Positions 24,531 to 41,500 of a stretch of 64,000 nt of DNA are shown one piece after another. The position numbers and the translations under genes were made by a program. How positions within the stretch are numbered: position 1 is the stretch's first letter; every line of letters begins with the position of its first letter. The notes under the pieces were generated by a model. That model did not search any database. It worked only from the letters and a program-made list of their open reading frames with translations, and was not told the DNA's origin. The stretch is from Tubiluchus corallicola (lineage: Eukaryota; Animalia; Priapulida), in NCBI GenBank assembly GCA_030141605.1, contig JAQGDQ010000206.1:62001-126000 (forward strand). Reading direction: 5' to 3'.

Positions 24531-25095
24531 ACAGGGTGTCTGAAGACAATACAACATACAGGGTGTCTCAGAAAGCAATATAGCTACACCTTACATTTTC
24601 TATATTATTTAACAATCAAAGCAAAATGTTTGAGAATTTGTACAGATGAAAGATTTAGCAATTATTTTAGTAAAATTAGACAAAAATCTGGAAAGAACTA
24701 CTGCACTAGTAGGTTTTATCACCATTTTCAGGTAACGAAAGAGTTGTAGAAACCAATCCAATGACAAGTCGGCCATCTTGCATTGAGAAATTCCGTAAAT
24801 GAGTGGAGAGGAAGGGCTCCATCTTGTCGAAAAACTGCACTGCTAAATGTAAGAAAATAGTGTGGTCTATATGGTGCTTTGAATTGACGGCGAACTAGTA
24901 CCTCATGATGGGCTGATTTTGGACCTCATTTCTAACACGGCTGTCATCGCCATAGCAACGAGGTTACAGTCAAATAATAACATAGACAGCTCCCAAAGAC
25001 CCCTTTTAATGCATGTAAAGAGCTTGTCGAGATTGGACAAAGCTTAAAAAGAAAATTAGAAATCAAAGTGTATAGTGACTTTTGAGACACCCTGT
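24531..25095. mobile_element. mariner-like MITE
   Basis: TACAGGGTGTCTCA ... TGAGACACCCTG termini; the left TIR is tandemly doubled. Confidence 0.65.
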
Positions 25096-28000
25096 GTAAG
25101 TATAACATAGATCTATATTAGATCAGTACCTCACATTTGAAACAATTATAGACTATTTACGATAATATACTTGCCTCCTAATGATTTTTACACAATTAAT
25201 TATTCACAAACTATAATTTTAATTTGATAATTATTATAATAATATTAAAGATAGTCTTTTTGCATTATACACTAGCGTCACAATGTCAGTTTAAAGATAG
25301 AACATGGTAATTTTGCTTCATGGAAATCGTAGGGGCGAACGTGCCAGAACACGAAAACTAATTTTGCTAAAAAATATACAGCATAGCAAAAACAGCAAAA
25401 GCTAAATATTCGCCCAATTATACCAATATAACACTAGCAACCCGGTACAGGGCAGTTTTTTATCTAAATCTATGCAAAAAAGCAGAACAAAAATGTAAAT
25501 AAAAGTTTTGTATATGTAGAAAAAAAGCTAATCTAAAAGGGGGAATGTTATGTGGAAGCGATTAACTATCATCCGTGCAGTGCAAAAAACACACAAGGCG
25601 GCCATATTTATATAAAAGCTCTAAAAGAAATCGCTAATTTCACTAAAAAACATTTATCACTTCATGTAAACATGCTCAAGTTCATCATGAAATAACAAAC
25701 AATTAGCTATGAGAAGCTCACAAGGTAATTTGTCAAAACGAACTTTTTAGTTAGTAATTTTTATAAATAAAAATATGCTCATTACGTCACTAAAATGTCA
25801 AGATCACAATCTGTAAGTATTACAGTATACAAAGAACAATCAACTTTTAATTTTAAATCAAACTTATTAGATTAAAATAATAGGCATACAATACATATTA
25901 AATAACCTCTTATAATGTTGCTATAATAGCTATTAATGTATTCTTAAATTATAGACTTAAAAAGCTCACATTTTATTTTTGTAAGAAAGTGCGCCGCCTG
26001 AACAAAGTATTGGGTAAAGCTACGTCATGAGTGTTATATTTGCGAACTTTTTGCTTTATACTGTACAAACTAATTATGCAATTATTGTCGATATAAAATT
26101 TTCACATTTTGGTAGTGTCCACTGCTTTTTTACTGTAGTAATTTTTATAATAATAAATTGAATAAGCGGTAATTCGACTTGAAACAACAGTCGTAAAAGT
26201 TTGTTACTAAAACTTTGCATAGATGGCGCTCGTCGTTTTTTGTGTGCTTGGTTTTGCAACGTTTATACACCAAGCCCAGAGTTGGTCATACTAAAGCTTT
26301 TTTATCTGTGTCTTAAAACAGTTAAACTCTAAGTTTATATTTAAAACGAGAAATTTGAGTGTAATTCAGTGTAATTTTATAATGCATACTGATGGATTGA
26401 ACAAAAAATGTGAAAGACTCGGAACTTAGTCTGGATTCGAACCAGAGACTTTTGGAACAAGTTTAACGTCGTTTTCACTAAGAATGAGCATCTCTCTATC
26501 AAGAAGCGAATAGGAATTGAATTTGTGCCTTTCGAATTCGAATCAAGCCGGATTTCCAGATTTCAAATCCCAATCGAATTTAAATTGAGTTTTAAAGATT
26601 TTCGATAAGATTTTCCAATGACTAACAAAAGGCGGTCTCACAGAAGTCATGCATAATACTTGATTTAACACTGCAGTAAAAACAATAATAATTTGTTTAA
26701 ATATTCTGAACAAAAACCATAGCTAAACTGTGCTGACTGCACGAAGCTTCGAACATTTCAGTGCTAAAGAACGCATGTAGTTGAAACGGTGAATCATTCG
26801 AATTTAAAATTTTAGCCTCAAATCGAACTCGAACTAAAACAGTTGTTCGACTCGAACTCGAACGTTCGATGTTCACCCCTAATTACCACTAGGCTAACCG
26901 CAGTTATCATGGCAGTACTAATTCAATACTTATGAATCATCAACTAGCTTTGCTGAAGATTTACTCACGCCAGAGTAATTATAAGTAATTAGGTTATTTT
27001 TTGCAATCACCATACTAATCATATTAATCCTTAATAAGAAATGATACGTGGCTATTAATTAATTAAGATGCTTACAAAGCAAATTTCGCGGACGCTCAGT
27101 TACGTTACCATGATGTTGTGACAAAAACATTAAATGTTCTACGGATAGCAAAAAAACTAACCAATAAACAACTGTCTAGCGGGCGGCGCAAAAAATGTAC
27201 CGAAGTTTCGATTACCATTTTCTAAGAAGAAAATAACGGAACCGCTTGAAAATTACCCCAGTGACGTTACAGTCGTTTATGTATCAACACAAATTTTAGG
27301 ACATTCCCTTATATTCTTCCAGAAGTACAGTACCCTTAAAACATTAAGTCAAAAATTTAATGCCTAAAAATTTTGTGTCACTATTATCAAAATGTACAAC
27401 ATGTAACGTGTCCATGATTTTTACTGCATGCTAGAAGAAAGCATTTCTTTCAAGAGCTGATACAGTTTTTCACTTCTCTAACGTGTGTTTGGTCCCGGCA
27501 CTGAACAATTTTTCACTATTTTTGCCTTCAGTTTCCCTACATGAAACAGCTCCGTGCGGCCATTGTACACTTTCTCTTTAAAGAAATTCCAGGTACCGTA
27601 ATCCAGAAGATTAAGTCCCATTTTTTATTTATTTTCTCTGGTGAAGATCATGATATAAACTGGTTGATTTCTTATTGTTATGGTGACACGTATCAAGACT
27701 TTACGACGTCCTAGGCTGATAGTTCTGTGCTGCCCATCTCTATTGTGAATTCATGGTTGTTTATATAATGAGCCGATTAAACAATTACTTGTGGTGTATT
27801 AGAAACACTAACAACATAGTTCTACGTGTTATTATTAATTACATGTATTTGCATAGCGTTTATATTCAAACAAGATGCGCAACTGCTTGTTGTGCAATAC
27901 CTTGTACTTGTTCGTCATGTGCTATTTATATAACAGCGCCGCTCCCCTACTGTTTGTGGTGTGTTATAAAATATGAATATGAAAGAAACCAAATTTTCCA

Positions 28001-28533
28001 AGGGGAATAGAATTTTCTTTAAAGTGTGACGACCCTCAAGCTATGGCGCCCCCTAGGTTATAGCTTAGTTAGTCTATTAGTTAATACGTCACTGCGTACT
28101 GAGTGTTTTATACGTCACCGAACGCTGATTTTCAGTTAACGATTACGTGACTTTGTTCTGGTTTTTCGATTTTTAACATGCAAAAGTTTTTCAACCATAA
28201 CTTAAAAACCACTAAAACTACAAACTTGTAATTCTTGTAGCGGGAAAGCAAGTGTAGCGTGCTAACAAGCTGTGAAATTTCAACTTTGTAATCCAGTAGC
28301 TTGTAATATTTTTGTAGTCTAAACTTCGGCGCATTTTTTCTGCGCAACCAGATATAAACGAAAACGTAAAAATGTTAACACTTTCGAAAAAAACTTACAA
28401 CGAACACAAAACATACCCTCTCGTGCAAGTAAAATTCCACCCAGTGCAAAACACAACAGAATTATGTACATGGCAATGTATATAATAATAATAAAATTAA
28501 GAACTTGCAAAATTATAGCGACGTTATTAATTA

Positions 28534-28725
28534 TCATTCCTTTCTCGGCGTTTTATCATAGGATTCTTTGTTCTTATAGCCGCTGACGTAGCCAGACTTG
28601 TCAGCCCGGTACTCCCGTCCCGCAATGCCCCGTCCCTTCCCACTCTCGTCGAATCGTTCCTTGTGAGAGCCCGTATATTTCTTTGTGTCCGTTAGTCGAT
28701 CCACCACGCTCGACTTTTGCGCTGA
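28534..28725 (-). CDS. TPPP: TPPP coding exon 3
   Basis: Acceptor ttattttcag|. Reads [37 protein letters not shown]...[13 protein letters not shown], with the conserved p25-alpha C-terminal motifs. Confidence 0.93.
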   Translation of the reverse strand, partial: SAQKSSVVDRLTDTKKYTGSHKERFDESGKGRGIAGREYRADKSGYVSGYKNKESYDKTPRKE

Positions 28726-29029
28726 CTGAAAATAACAGAAATATATTTACGTAAAAATACAGAATTATTATCAACAGACAAACGGGGTGGAAACACAGAA
28801 GAGGGGAGGTGAAGAGAAAAAGAGGAGAGGAAAAAGTTGACAAGATGGAAAAAACTAGTAAAAGCAGTGACAAACAAACAAATAAACACGCAGAGGAGAA
28901 GAAAAAGTGAAAGTAAGAGAAAGAGAGAGAGGAGGCGAAAGAGAGAAATAAAGAGTGAGTGAGAGAGAGAGATGGGGGCAGGGAGAGGACACAGAGGAAG
29001 AAAATGGGGAGAGGAGAGAGAAAGAGGGG

Positions 29030-31810
<2,781 letters not shown>

Positions 31811-32859
31811 TGTAAGTCAGCACAAGACATCTGTTTTATAAAAATAGTTCATTTTCTGAGCTAATTGTTTATAACATATAAAATGCATCAGTCTTCAATA
31901 TTCGTACGTTAATATTTTCTAACCGTCATTTTCTACTAATGTCTAATGTAATCTTGTAGTAAAACTTGTCAACTTGTGTAGTTATAGTCTATTCTTACTG
32001 TAAATGTTTTTGTAAATAGTGTGTATAGACTGTTGTGGTGAGGATCCTAAATCATGTTGTTCAAACTGTCTGATCCAATCCGAAATAAATTATGTTTAAA
32101 CTAACATTGAAATTAACGTCAGAAAAACAGCATTTTAGTAAAAGTACGTCAAATCTCTTACATTGCCAGGACAGTATTTCTACGGTTTATTTAATTAAAC
32201 TAATTTCACACTGGATTAATGAGGACGGACTGTGATTGGGCAATTCTTAATTATGCAAATGACTAGGTGTTAATAGTTTGTGTGCAAAGCGTTGCAAGCG
32301 CTACAGACTTCCGGCAAAGATAAGCCGCCTTGTATCAAGGGTCTTGGCGTCTTGAACCTTGAACACCTAATGTGTGTTATGATTGAGGCGTGCAAACATA
32401 GACTTAGTGGACAAGTAATAACATGACATTTGTGTCCTACAGTGCTTGGTAACCTACAGTAGGGGTGAACATCGAACAATCGAATCGAATTCGAGCGCTG
32501 GAATTCGATTCCAAAGAGATTTTTAATTTATCGTATATGTTCGAATAATTCAGCACTTTAAATTACATGCATTCTTTGTCATTAAAACGTTTGAAATGTC
32601 ATGCATTCAGCACAATTTAGTTGCAACTTCTGTGCACCATGTTTAAACTAATTACTGAAGAAAGTTTTTATTGAAAAACAACATCAAGTGATATGCATGA
32701 TCTTTGTGCTTTTTGTTAGTGACTCGAAAATTTGTTCGAAAATCTTTAAAACTGAATTCGAATTCGATTCTGATTCGAAAATGCTGAAATACGGTCCGAT
32801 TCGAGTTCGAAGATCACAAATTCGAATTTGCTTTCCGGTAGAGAATGCTTACCCCTAAA

Positions 32860-33895
32860 TTACAATACTTGGAAATATTCAGTGTACAGTAATATACAGG
32901 GCGGTTGCAAAACTTGGAAGTATTCACGGTACAGTAATATACGGGGTGGTTAGAATACTTGGAAGTATTCAGGGTACAGTAATATACAGGGTGGTTGCAA
33001 TACTTGGAAGTATTCAGGGTACGGTAATATACAGCGTGGTTGCAATACTTGGAAGTATTCAGTGTACAGTAATATACAGGGCGGTTGCAAAACTTGGAAG
33101 TATTCACGGTACAGTAATATACGGGGTGGTTAGAATACTTGGAAGTATTCAGGGTACAGTAATATACAGTGTGGTTGCAATACTTGGAAGTATTCAGGGT
33201 ACAGTAATATACAGGGTGGTTGCAATACTTGGAAGTATTCAGGGTACGGTAATATACAGCGTGGTTGCAATACTTGGAAGTATTCAGGGTACGGTAATAT
33301 ACAGGGTGGTTGCAATACTTGGAAGTATTCACGGTACAGTAATATACGGGGTGGTTAGAATACTTGGAAGTATTCAGGGAACAGTAATATGCAGGGTGAT
33401 TGCAATACTTGGAAGTATTCAGGGTACAGTAATAAACAGGGTGGTTGCAATACTTGGAAGTATTCACGGTACAGTAATATACGGGGTGGTTAGAATACTT
33501 GGAAGTATTCAGGGAACAGTAATATGCAGGGTGATTGCAATACTTGGAAGTATTCAGGGTACAGTAATATACGGGGTGGTTAGAATACTTGGAAGTATTC
33601 AGGGTACAGTAATATACAGGGTGGTGGAATACTTGGAAGTATTCAAGGTACAGTAATATACAGGCTGGTTGCAATACTTGGAAGTATTCAGGGTACAATA
33701 ATACACAGCGTGGTTGCAAAACTTGAGATTATTCAGGGTACAGTAATATACAGGGTGGTGGAATACTTGGAAGTATTCAGGGCACAGTAATATACAGGGT
33801 GGTTGCAATACTTGGAAGTATTCAGGGTACAGTAATATACAGGGTGGTTGCAATACTTGAAAGTATTCAGGGTACAGTAATATATAGAGGGGTGG
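32860..33895. repeat. 45-bp minisatellite, about 22-23 copies
   Basis: Unit GGGTACAGTAATATACAGGGTGGTTGCAATACTTGGAAGTATTCA. Confidence 0.95.
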
Positions 33896-34150
33896 AAAAA
33901 CGACGAGTAACAGTACAGTATAATTTATTGCATCAAAGTATTGCTCAATCAATTGAAAATCTATCGGGCCTTCAATATGTAGTTTAGAAACTTGTTGCAC
34001 CTCGTACAGCCTGCAATCTTGAGGGGTATAACTGGACTAGGCCCAAATGAGTAGTTAAGAAATTCACGGGACTTTAACCCCGTCAAACACGTTGGAGTTG
34101 TCCTAAATGTAAATTGGAAGGCGAGATAATCCGAGAGCATGCCTTTGATC

Positions 34151-34648
34151 AGTATTCAAAAGACAAGCTTGTGAGACACCCGCAAGATGCGTTGGATGAT
34201 CTTGAATTCGACCTTGATCTCTTTGATCATACCTTTCACAACTCTTTACTCTAGATATTGAATGCATTTTACCACATTTAAAATGAATAAATCTATATTA
34301 ATTCTGGTTTTTACTACAAAACCGTTGTAGGCAAAGGTTTATTTCACTATTTTGTCATGATGCTTTATATTGCAAAAGGCTAATTTCCTCTATTAGCAGA
34401 GTATTCAAAAGACAAGCTTGTGAGACACCCGCAAGATGCGTTGGATGATCTTGAATTCGACCTTGATCTCTTTGATCATACCTTTCACAACTCTTTACTC
34501 TAGATATTGAATGCATTTTACCACATTTAAAATGAATAAATCTATATTAATTCTGGTTTTTACTACAAAACCGTTGTAGGCAAAGGTTTATTTCACTATT
34601 TTGTCATGATGCTTTATATTGCAAAAGGCTAATTTCCTCTATTAGCAG
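34151..34648. repeat. 249-bp direct tandem duplication
   Basis: 34151-34399 and 34400-34648 appear identical by eye. Confidence 0.9.
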
Positions 34649-35974
34649 AAGTACCGACCGCCCACACACTTACATTTATACCCAATCCTCTAATTGATGG
34701 AATTCGTGCAAACATTTGAACCTGTTTCAGGCTTCAGCAGTGTTCAATGCGACCATATCATACAGCTTAGTTCCATTATGACTGCGGCGCTCAAACCAGG
34801 GAAACCTATTGTAGATCAATAAACCCGATTTGACTACAGCCTGCGCATCGATTTGTCAGAGAGGTGTGCTGCGCGCACGCAAATAGTACGCAATGACTGA
34901 AATAACTTACATACTGTACACGAAGGACATGAAGGAAATCACAATAACTGTATAATCCTCTGATAAGCAGGGAGGGTGGATAGTAGGGGTGAACATTCTC
35001 CATCAAAAAGCGAATTCGAATCGATTCGATTTTTTACTCTTATTTTTTTATAACTCAAATCAAACCGAATTTCAAGACTTCGAATCCGGAATCGAATTCA
35101 AATGCAGTTTTAAGCATTTGCGACCAAATTTTTAAATCATTTCTAAAAAGCAGTGTCACAAAGCTTACGCATAGCAGCACAGGGATATCACCTGATTCGG
35201 TTCTGCGGTAAAAACAGTAATAGATCTAATTTGTTTACAAAGTGCACACAGAAATCGTAGCTAAATTGCGCTGCAAACGTTAAATTATGATTGCCGCTTT
35301 GAACGTTTTAATGAGAAAAAAGTTCGTAGTTAAAGTGGCGAATTATTTAAAATCATAATTTTACGTTCGAATCGAACTCGAATTAAAAAAATCGTTCGAA
35401 CTCAAACGTTCGATGCTCACCCCTAAAGACCACTACATCGGTGTGATTAGTTTACCCAGAGTTTTTAACTAAAACATGAACGGATTAACAATTACGTTAA
35501 TAAGGCTGTAGCCTTAGGCCTTATATTTTGAGAGGCCCTCTCTTGACCAATTAAAGCCACATAATGTTATTAATTTTAGTAAACAGGTTAAGAAATTTAT
35601 TCAAATTGAACTTGCCTTGCTAAAGATAAGTGTATTAAATTCAGCAGTTCAAAATATTGAATATACACACAGCTTTCAAAAAATGTTCCCCAAATTAAGT
35701 TGTAATCCTTCATCCTGGTAACGTTTGATGGTCATCCCTAGTCGACAGACAGAGGTTTTCAATATCTGAAGAGTCTGGATTAACGTGTGACAATGAATTT
35801 GGCTTTAAACGCAAGACAACCTGTAATTAGATTTGCATTCTGGGCTTCATTAATACAAAACTTGACAAGTTACTGTGCCTGACTCTTTGGGGTTTCCTGA
35901 CATGGACTAATATTAATTTTAAAGCTCAACAGACAGACTGATGACTTACCGTCGTCTGAACGTTTAAAGCACAA

Positions 35975-36622
35975 GAAAACCCTCCACTTACATAAAGCTT
36001 AAAAAATCGTCTTGAAATTTTATACCACTTACGCACTACCTTTTCGTATGCATGGCTTGCATCGGCAGTCACGCTGTATAAAATGTGTAAATTTAAACTC
36101 CCGCGATGACCGTTAGGCGCAGCCATTTTAATCGTAGGTCGTTTGAAACAAGTTTTGATAACACTGAGAAAAGCTTGAAAAAATAATCACAGCATTCGTA
36201 GCATACATGTTGCTAATTAAGTAAAATTTTAAATTACTGTATCTTGTCAATAAGATTAAAAATACGTTTTTGGCTAGTGAGTGGCGCACCCTGGAGGGTG
36301 AGTCAGTGACATTTTACCAATTGTCACAAACATTTTAAATGATTAGTCTAGTTACATAAGAATGTCCAGCAGGTAAGTGAAATGCTAAGTAATGCAGATT
36401 TGCACAGAAAGTTTTTTGGGTCATAATTTAACATTGCCTTTTTATCCCCTATTTTAGTGATGGCGCCGTCGGAACAGTATTGCGGGAGATTTAAAATGAA
36501 AACAAACGAAAATTCCTTTCAAGACGAATGCGATATGTGCATAAAATTGCTGTAAAGTAGTATAATTTTTTAAGGCGATTTTTCTGAAATCTACTTCAGG
36601 TGCCCCTTTTCGTATCCTTTAA
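35975..36622. mobile_element. TTAA-flanked (Kolobok-like) MITE family 2 (related copies near 8800-9440, 51590-51980, 52655-52948, 58280-58580)
   Basis: The near-identical core AAACTCCCGCGATGACCGTTAGGC...GGCGCACCCTGGAGGGTGAGTCA is shared with 8800-9440. It ends GGTGCCCC...CCTTTAA. Confidence 0.6.
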
Positions 36623-37049
36623 AGTTCCTTTAAGAGCAATAAACCAATTATTATGCAAGGCTAAAAACGTTAGTCTTGCAATTTTGTGTCACATACATGT
36701 TACCAGGTGAATGATGGGATGGTCGCAAGGTACAGCCATTTTGACGATAAGACGTTTGTAACATGTTTAGATAACATTGGACATGTTTTAAAAAATCAGA
36801 ACATTCGATACAGACACTTCACTAGCTAAGCAAAAGTATAAGTTACTGTTTCTTGTCACTAGGTTTAACAATAATATTTTCTGAAGAGCCGGTGAGGTTT
36901 TTGGTGCACACTAAGACACTCAGCTGGTGCGAAAATCTTGAATTATTGAGTTTTTTTATTTACATAACTGACATTATGTCAGTTAAGTATAAACAGGTAA
37001 GGGTAATGCACGTAATATAACTTTGTATGAAAATTTTTTGAGACATATG

Positions 37050-37516
<467 letters not shown>

Positions 37517-38147
37517 GACATATGTTAAAATTCCCTTTGCTTCTCCTTTAAACCGAAACATAAAAACTCGTCTGCTACAGCATGGGTGAAAGTAAATTTA
37601 TAGCCTATTTTTAACAATAACAATCTATGCGTATTCAACTGGGGCTCAATCGGTAGGAATTATTATAAATTTTATTGGTTGCACGATTTCTACAAACGGC
37701 GACCATGCGAAGCTTAAACACCTGGAATCATTTGCCAATATCATCCACCATATATGGGCATAAATTATTAACGACAACAGATAAAAGATGAGTGCTTACC
37801 GGCGTTACCACGTAATTAAGTGTTGAAGAAAAATAGCCCATGAATAATGTAATAAATTTATGCCATTGTCTACACATAGACGGGTCTAGATTGCACAATG
37901 ATGCCATTATGAATAACAGTATCTCATTTTAATATTATCCTCTGACTCCGTGAAAGGCTTGACTGAAGAATAATGTTATTCAGTCGAACCGCTTATGTTA
38001 TTCCAGCACCATCAGGACGAAACAAAGAGAAAAGGAGAAAAAAGATGTGGAAGAGATGATGACATTGCGATTAGTGTCGATGAAGAATACGTAGTAGTAG
38101 TAGAAGAAGAAAAAGAAGAGAAAGAAGAAGAAGAAGGTAACATTTGG

Positions 38148-38396
<249 letters not shown>

Positions 38397-38670
38397 TATT
38401 ACACTGGGTGTTGATGAAAACAACATAGAACAAGAAGAAGGAGGAGCAGAAGGAAGAGAAGAAAATAAAATAAAGAACAGGAAAATTTGAAGATGCATGA
38501 ACACTTTGAGCCTTTCTTTCTAACACCCTCCGTCAGCATTACAGTTTCATTACCTCAAATGTGGAGATAAAATAATAAACTACTATTGAAATAAATTGTT
38601 TGTGAAGAAGTTCATTCTTCCCGCATGTTTCAAAAGGTGCGATAGACCCACCCAGAAGCTTTTTTAAAGT

Positions 38671-39265
38671 TTAAAGGAAAACACAACCCAATCGTAAACT
38701 ACAGCTAAAAACAATCTATCCTATAAAATATTGAAAGGGAACATATTATTTTTTTCAAAAATGACTTTTGTTAAAGAATTATTACCACAGAAACGTAATT
38801 TTTGTTCACCCGGGTACTTCTTCTTTGTTAAATACATTCCGCCATTCGCCAGTTAGACTGGCACTAGCGCCTGCATTTCGAAAATGCCTTGCACAAAGAT
38901 ACAGGTGCTGTGCCTCTCAGTTCAGAGTTATTCAGTTGTGATGTGGCGCACTTGTCAGAGCTCATGCATCAGCACACAAGTAAACTTGAAATTTCAACCT
39001 CAAATTTAAAATTTGCCAACTTTTGTATATCATACTGAATATTGTACAACAGCACTGTACTTGAATGCTTCCTTTCGCAAGCAACACGTTCGTGAAACGT
39101 TTCTGCTGTTGAAAATTATGTTCAGTTGTGACGTCATCACTAATTGGGCTCCCCGCCATTAAGAATTAAGTTTTTAACCTATTGTTGACTTATCAGAAAC
39201 GCTTTGACACTATTATACGTGTACTTTTATCGTACTTATTTCAAAATCGCCCTGTTGTCCTTTAA
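38671..39265. mobile_element. TTAA-flanked (Kolobok-like) MITE family 1 (related copies near 14300-14746, 47420-47983, 59910-60519)
   Basis: TTAA-AGG...CCT-TTAA ends. The shared core TTAGATGGGCACTAG...CAGTTCAGAG...CCTGTTTTCCTTTAA is seen in four places. Confidence 0.6.
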
Positions 39266-40777
39266 TGCACGAAAGTACGCGATTATAAATGTACTTCACA
39301 GTAAATTTGATGTAGGGTAGTTGTTTGCTAAAAGAAGAACAGTGTAAAAAGTTTCATAATTTAATGCTTAACGTAACGTATTTATCCAAACAATACTAAA
39401 TGACTCAATTTATCTCATATATGAGCTTCATTCATTACATCCTTCCATTTTAAGCACTAAATGCTTAAATACGATTTTTTTATCATACGATTCACTTTAA
39501 ATTTTCAGATTATTTCCATTACTTTTTTTCTTTCACTGTGTGGGACAATCTAACAAGCCCTGCTTTTTGATTACCCTCAACACATTTACATTTGTATATA
39601 GGTGAACAGTGTGTGAGGCTTTTCCTGTGCAGAAACGATGAAAAGCTTATTTGTATTATGTTCATTGTAGGCCCTTTCACTATATATTGCACATGAAACT
39701 ATTGTAAATGTGTAATGTGAAATAAATGACTTATGACTTAAAAATATAACATACTAAATCATAACGTAAAGAAATAATTCAAAACATTGTCAAAATAAGA
39801 CCTTGGAAATAAATCGTTATACATCCTACTTGTAGAAGAATTTTGTGGGTACATCAGAAATTGCTATGGCATCAGAAGATGCCTATGATGCAGTCGCAAT
39901 ATATGGCCTCCAATCAATTATAATGCTATTTTAATGTTTCTGCCACCCTAACAAGCCAAGCTTTGAAGGTGTCATACAGCAACTCTTTTATTTGGTTAAT
40001 TTGACTTATTATTATTATTAGGCCCTTTCACTAGATATTGTACATGAAACTATTGTAAATGTGTAACGTGAAATAAACGACTTATGACTTATTCAACCCA
40101 CAAAAAGCAGTCAATAACAAGTTTTCTAGAAACACGTGAAAGAGTAAACGTAACCTTCAGCAATGTATCACGTGGTTTTTATTAGCCATTCAGAATAGTA
40201 GCAACATGAATTATACATGTCCCGAGTGTAAATATTTCATCGTACCACTTGTACAAATAGTGGCCAATTAATTTACTCAGCTTCCGCGGACGGAAGCTGA
40301 TGAGCTACCTAATCAGAGGCGTGTCGTGCAGTATTTGCACCGGAGCAAGGGTTACGTTTATCTTGGGCGCCAGATAACAGAATTCAATTCAAATTATTTT
40401 CTCAATGGCAGTTAAAATTCGACATAATTATTTTTACATTTCATTGCAACTGAGAAGGAGCAGCGAAAGACCTACTTGGTCAGCTAACCCTTATTAAAAA
40501 TACAAGTTTACTCAAAGGCTCATGACATTTTTTAGGTGTTTGGGTATATATAAAAGGCAAAAGCAACAAAAATCAACTCAAAGCAGAAATGCAATTCAAA
40601 GCATAACAAGGAATAACATCAAGGAAAAAATTAATGAAATTCAATGTAGAGTAAAAAATGATGTCAAACAAAAGCAACAAAAATCTACTCAAAGCAAAAA
40701 TGCAATTCCACTCAGAATAAAAGGAAGTTATCACAAGCAATGCAAAACGGAATTTAACTTATAGCAAAAACTTAAAT

Positions 40778-41500
40778 CTGAAGACGGAAAAAAGATGGAA
40801 TGATTCGTTGAATATCAAAATTATATCAAAAAATTACATCAGAAGACGGAAAAAAGATGGAATGATTCGCAGAATATCAAAATTATATCAAAAAATTACA
40901 CCAGAAGACGGAAAAAAGATGGAATGATTCGCAGAATATCAAAATTATATCAGAAGACGGAAAAAAGATGGAATGATTCGCAGAATATCAAAATTATAGC
41001 AAAAAATTATATCAGAAGACGGAAAAAAGATGGAATGATTCACAGAATATCAAATTTATATCAAAAAAAAATTATATCAGAAGACGGAAAAAAGATGGAA
41101 TGATTCGCAGAATATCAAAATTATATCAAAAAATTATATCAGAAGACGGAAAAGAGATGGAATGATTCGCAGAATATCAAAATTATATCAAAAAATTATA
41201 TCAGAAGACGGAAAAGAGATGGAATGATTCGCAGAATATCAAAATCATATCAAAAAATTATATCAGAAGACCGAAAAAAGATGGAATGATTCGCAGAATA
41301 TCAAAATTATATCAAAAAAATTATATCAGAAGACGGAAAAAAGATGGAATGATTCGCAGAATATCAAAATCATATCAAAAAATTATATCAGAAAACGGAA
41401 AAAAGATGGAATGATTCGCAGAATATCAAAATCATATCAAAAACTTATATCAGAAGACGGAAAAAAGATGGAATGATTCACAAAATATCAAAATTATATA
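40778..41500. repeat. ~60-bp minisatellite, about 12 copies
   Basis: Unit CAGAAGACGGAAAAAAGATGGAATGATTCGCAGAATATCAAAATTATATCAAAAAATTATAT. Confidence 0.95.

Noticed and set aside
32814-34000. Long ORFs of 301, 236 and 133 aa with 15-aa repeats; superficially a CRISPR-like array
   Set aside because: They are translations of a 45-bp tandem repeat. There are no unique spacers, no cas genes, and the context is a eukaryotic intron.
40778-41500. ~60-bp repeat array as possible CRISPR or coding repeat
   Set aside because: The unit is uniform without variable spacers, and variable A-runs break any frame.
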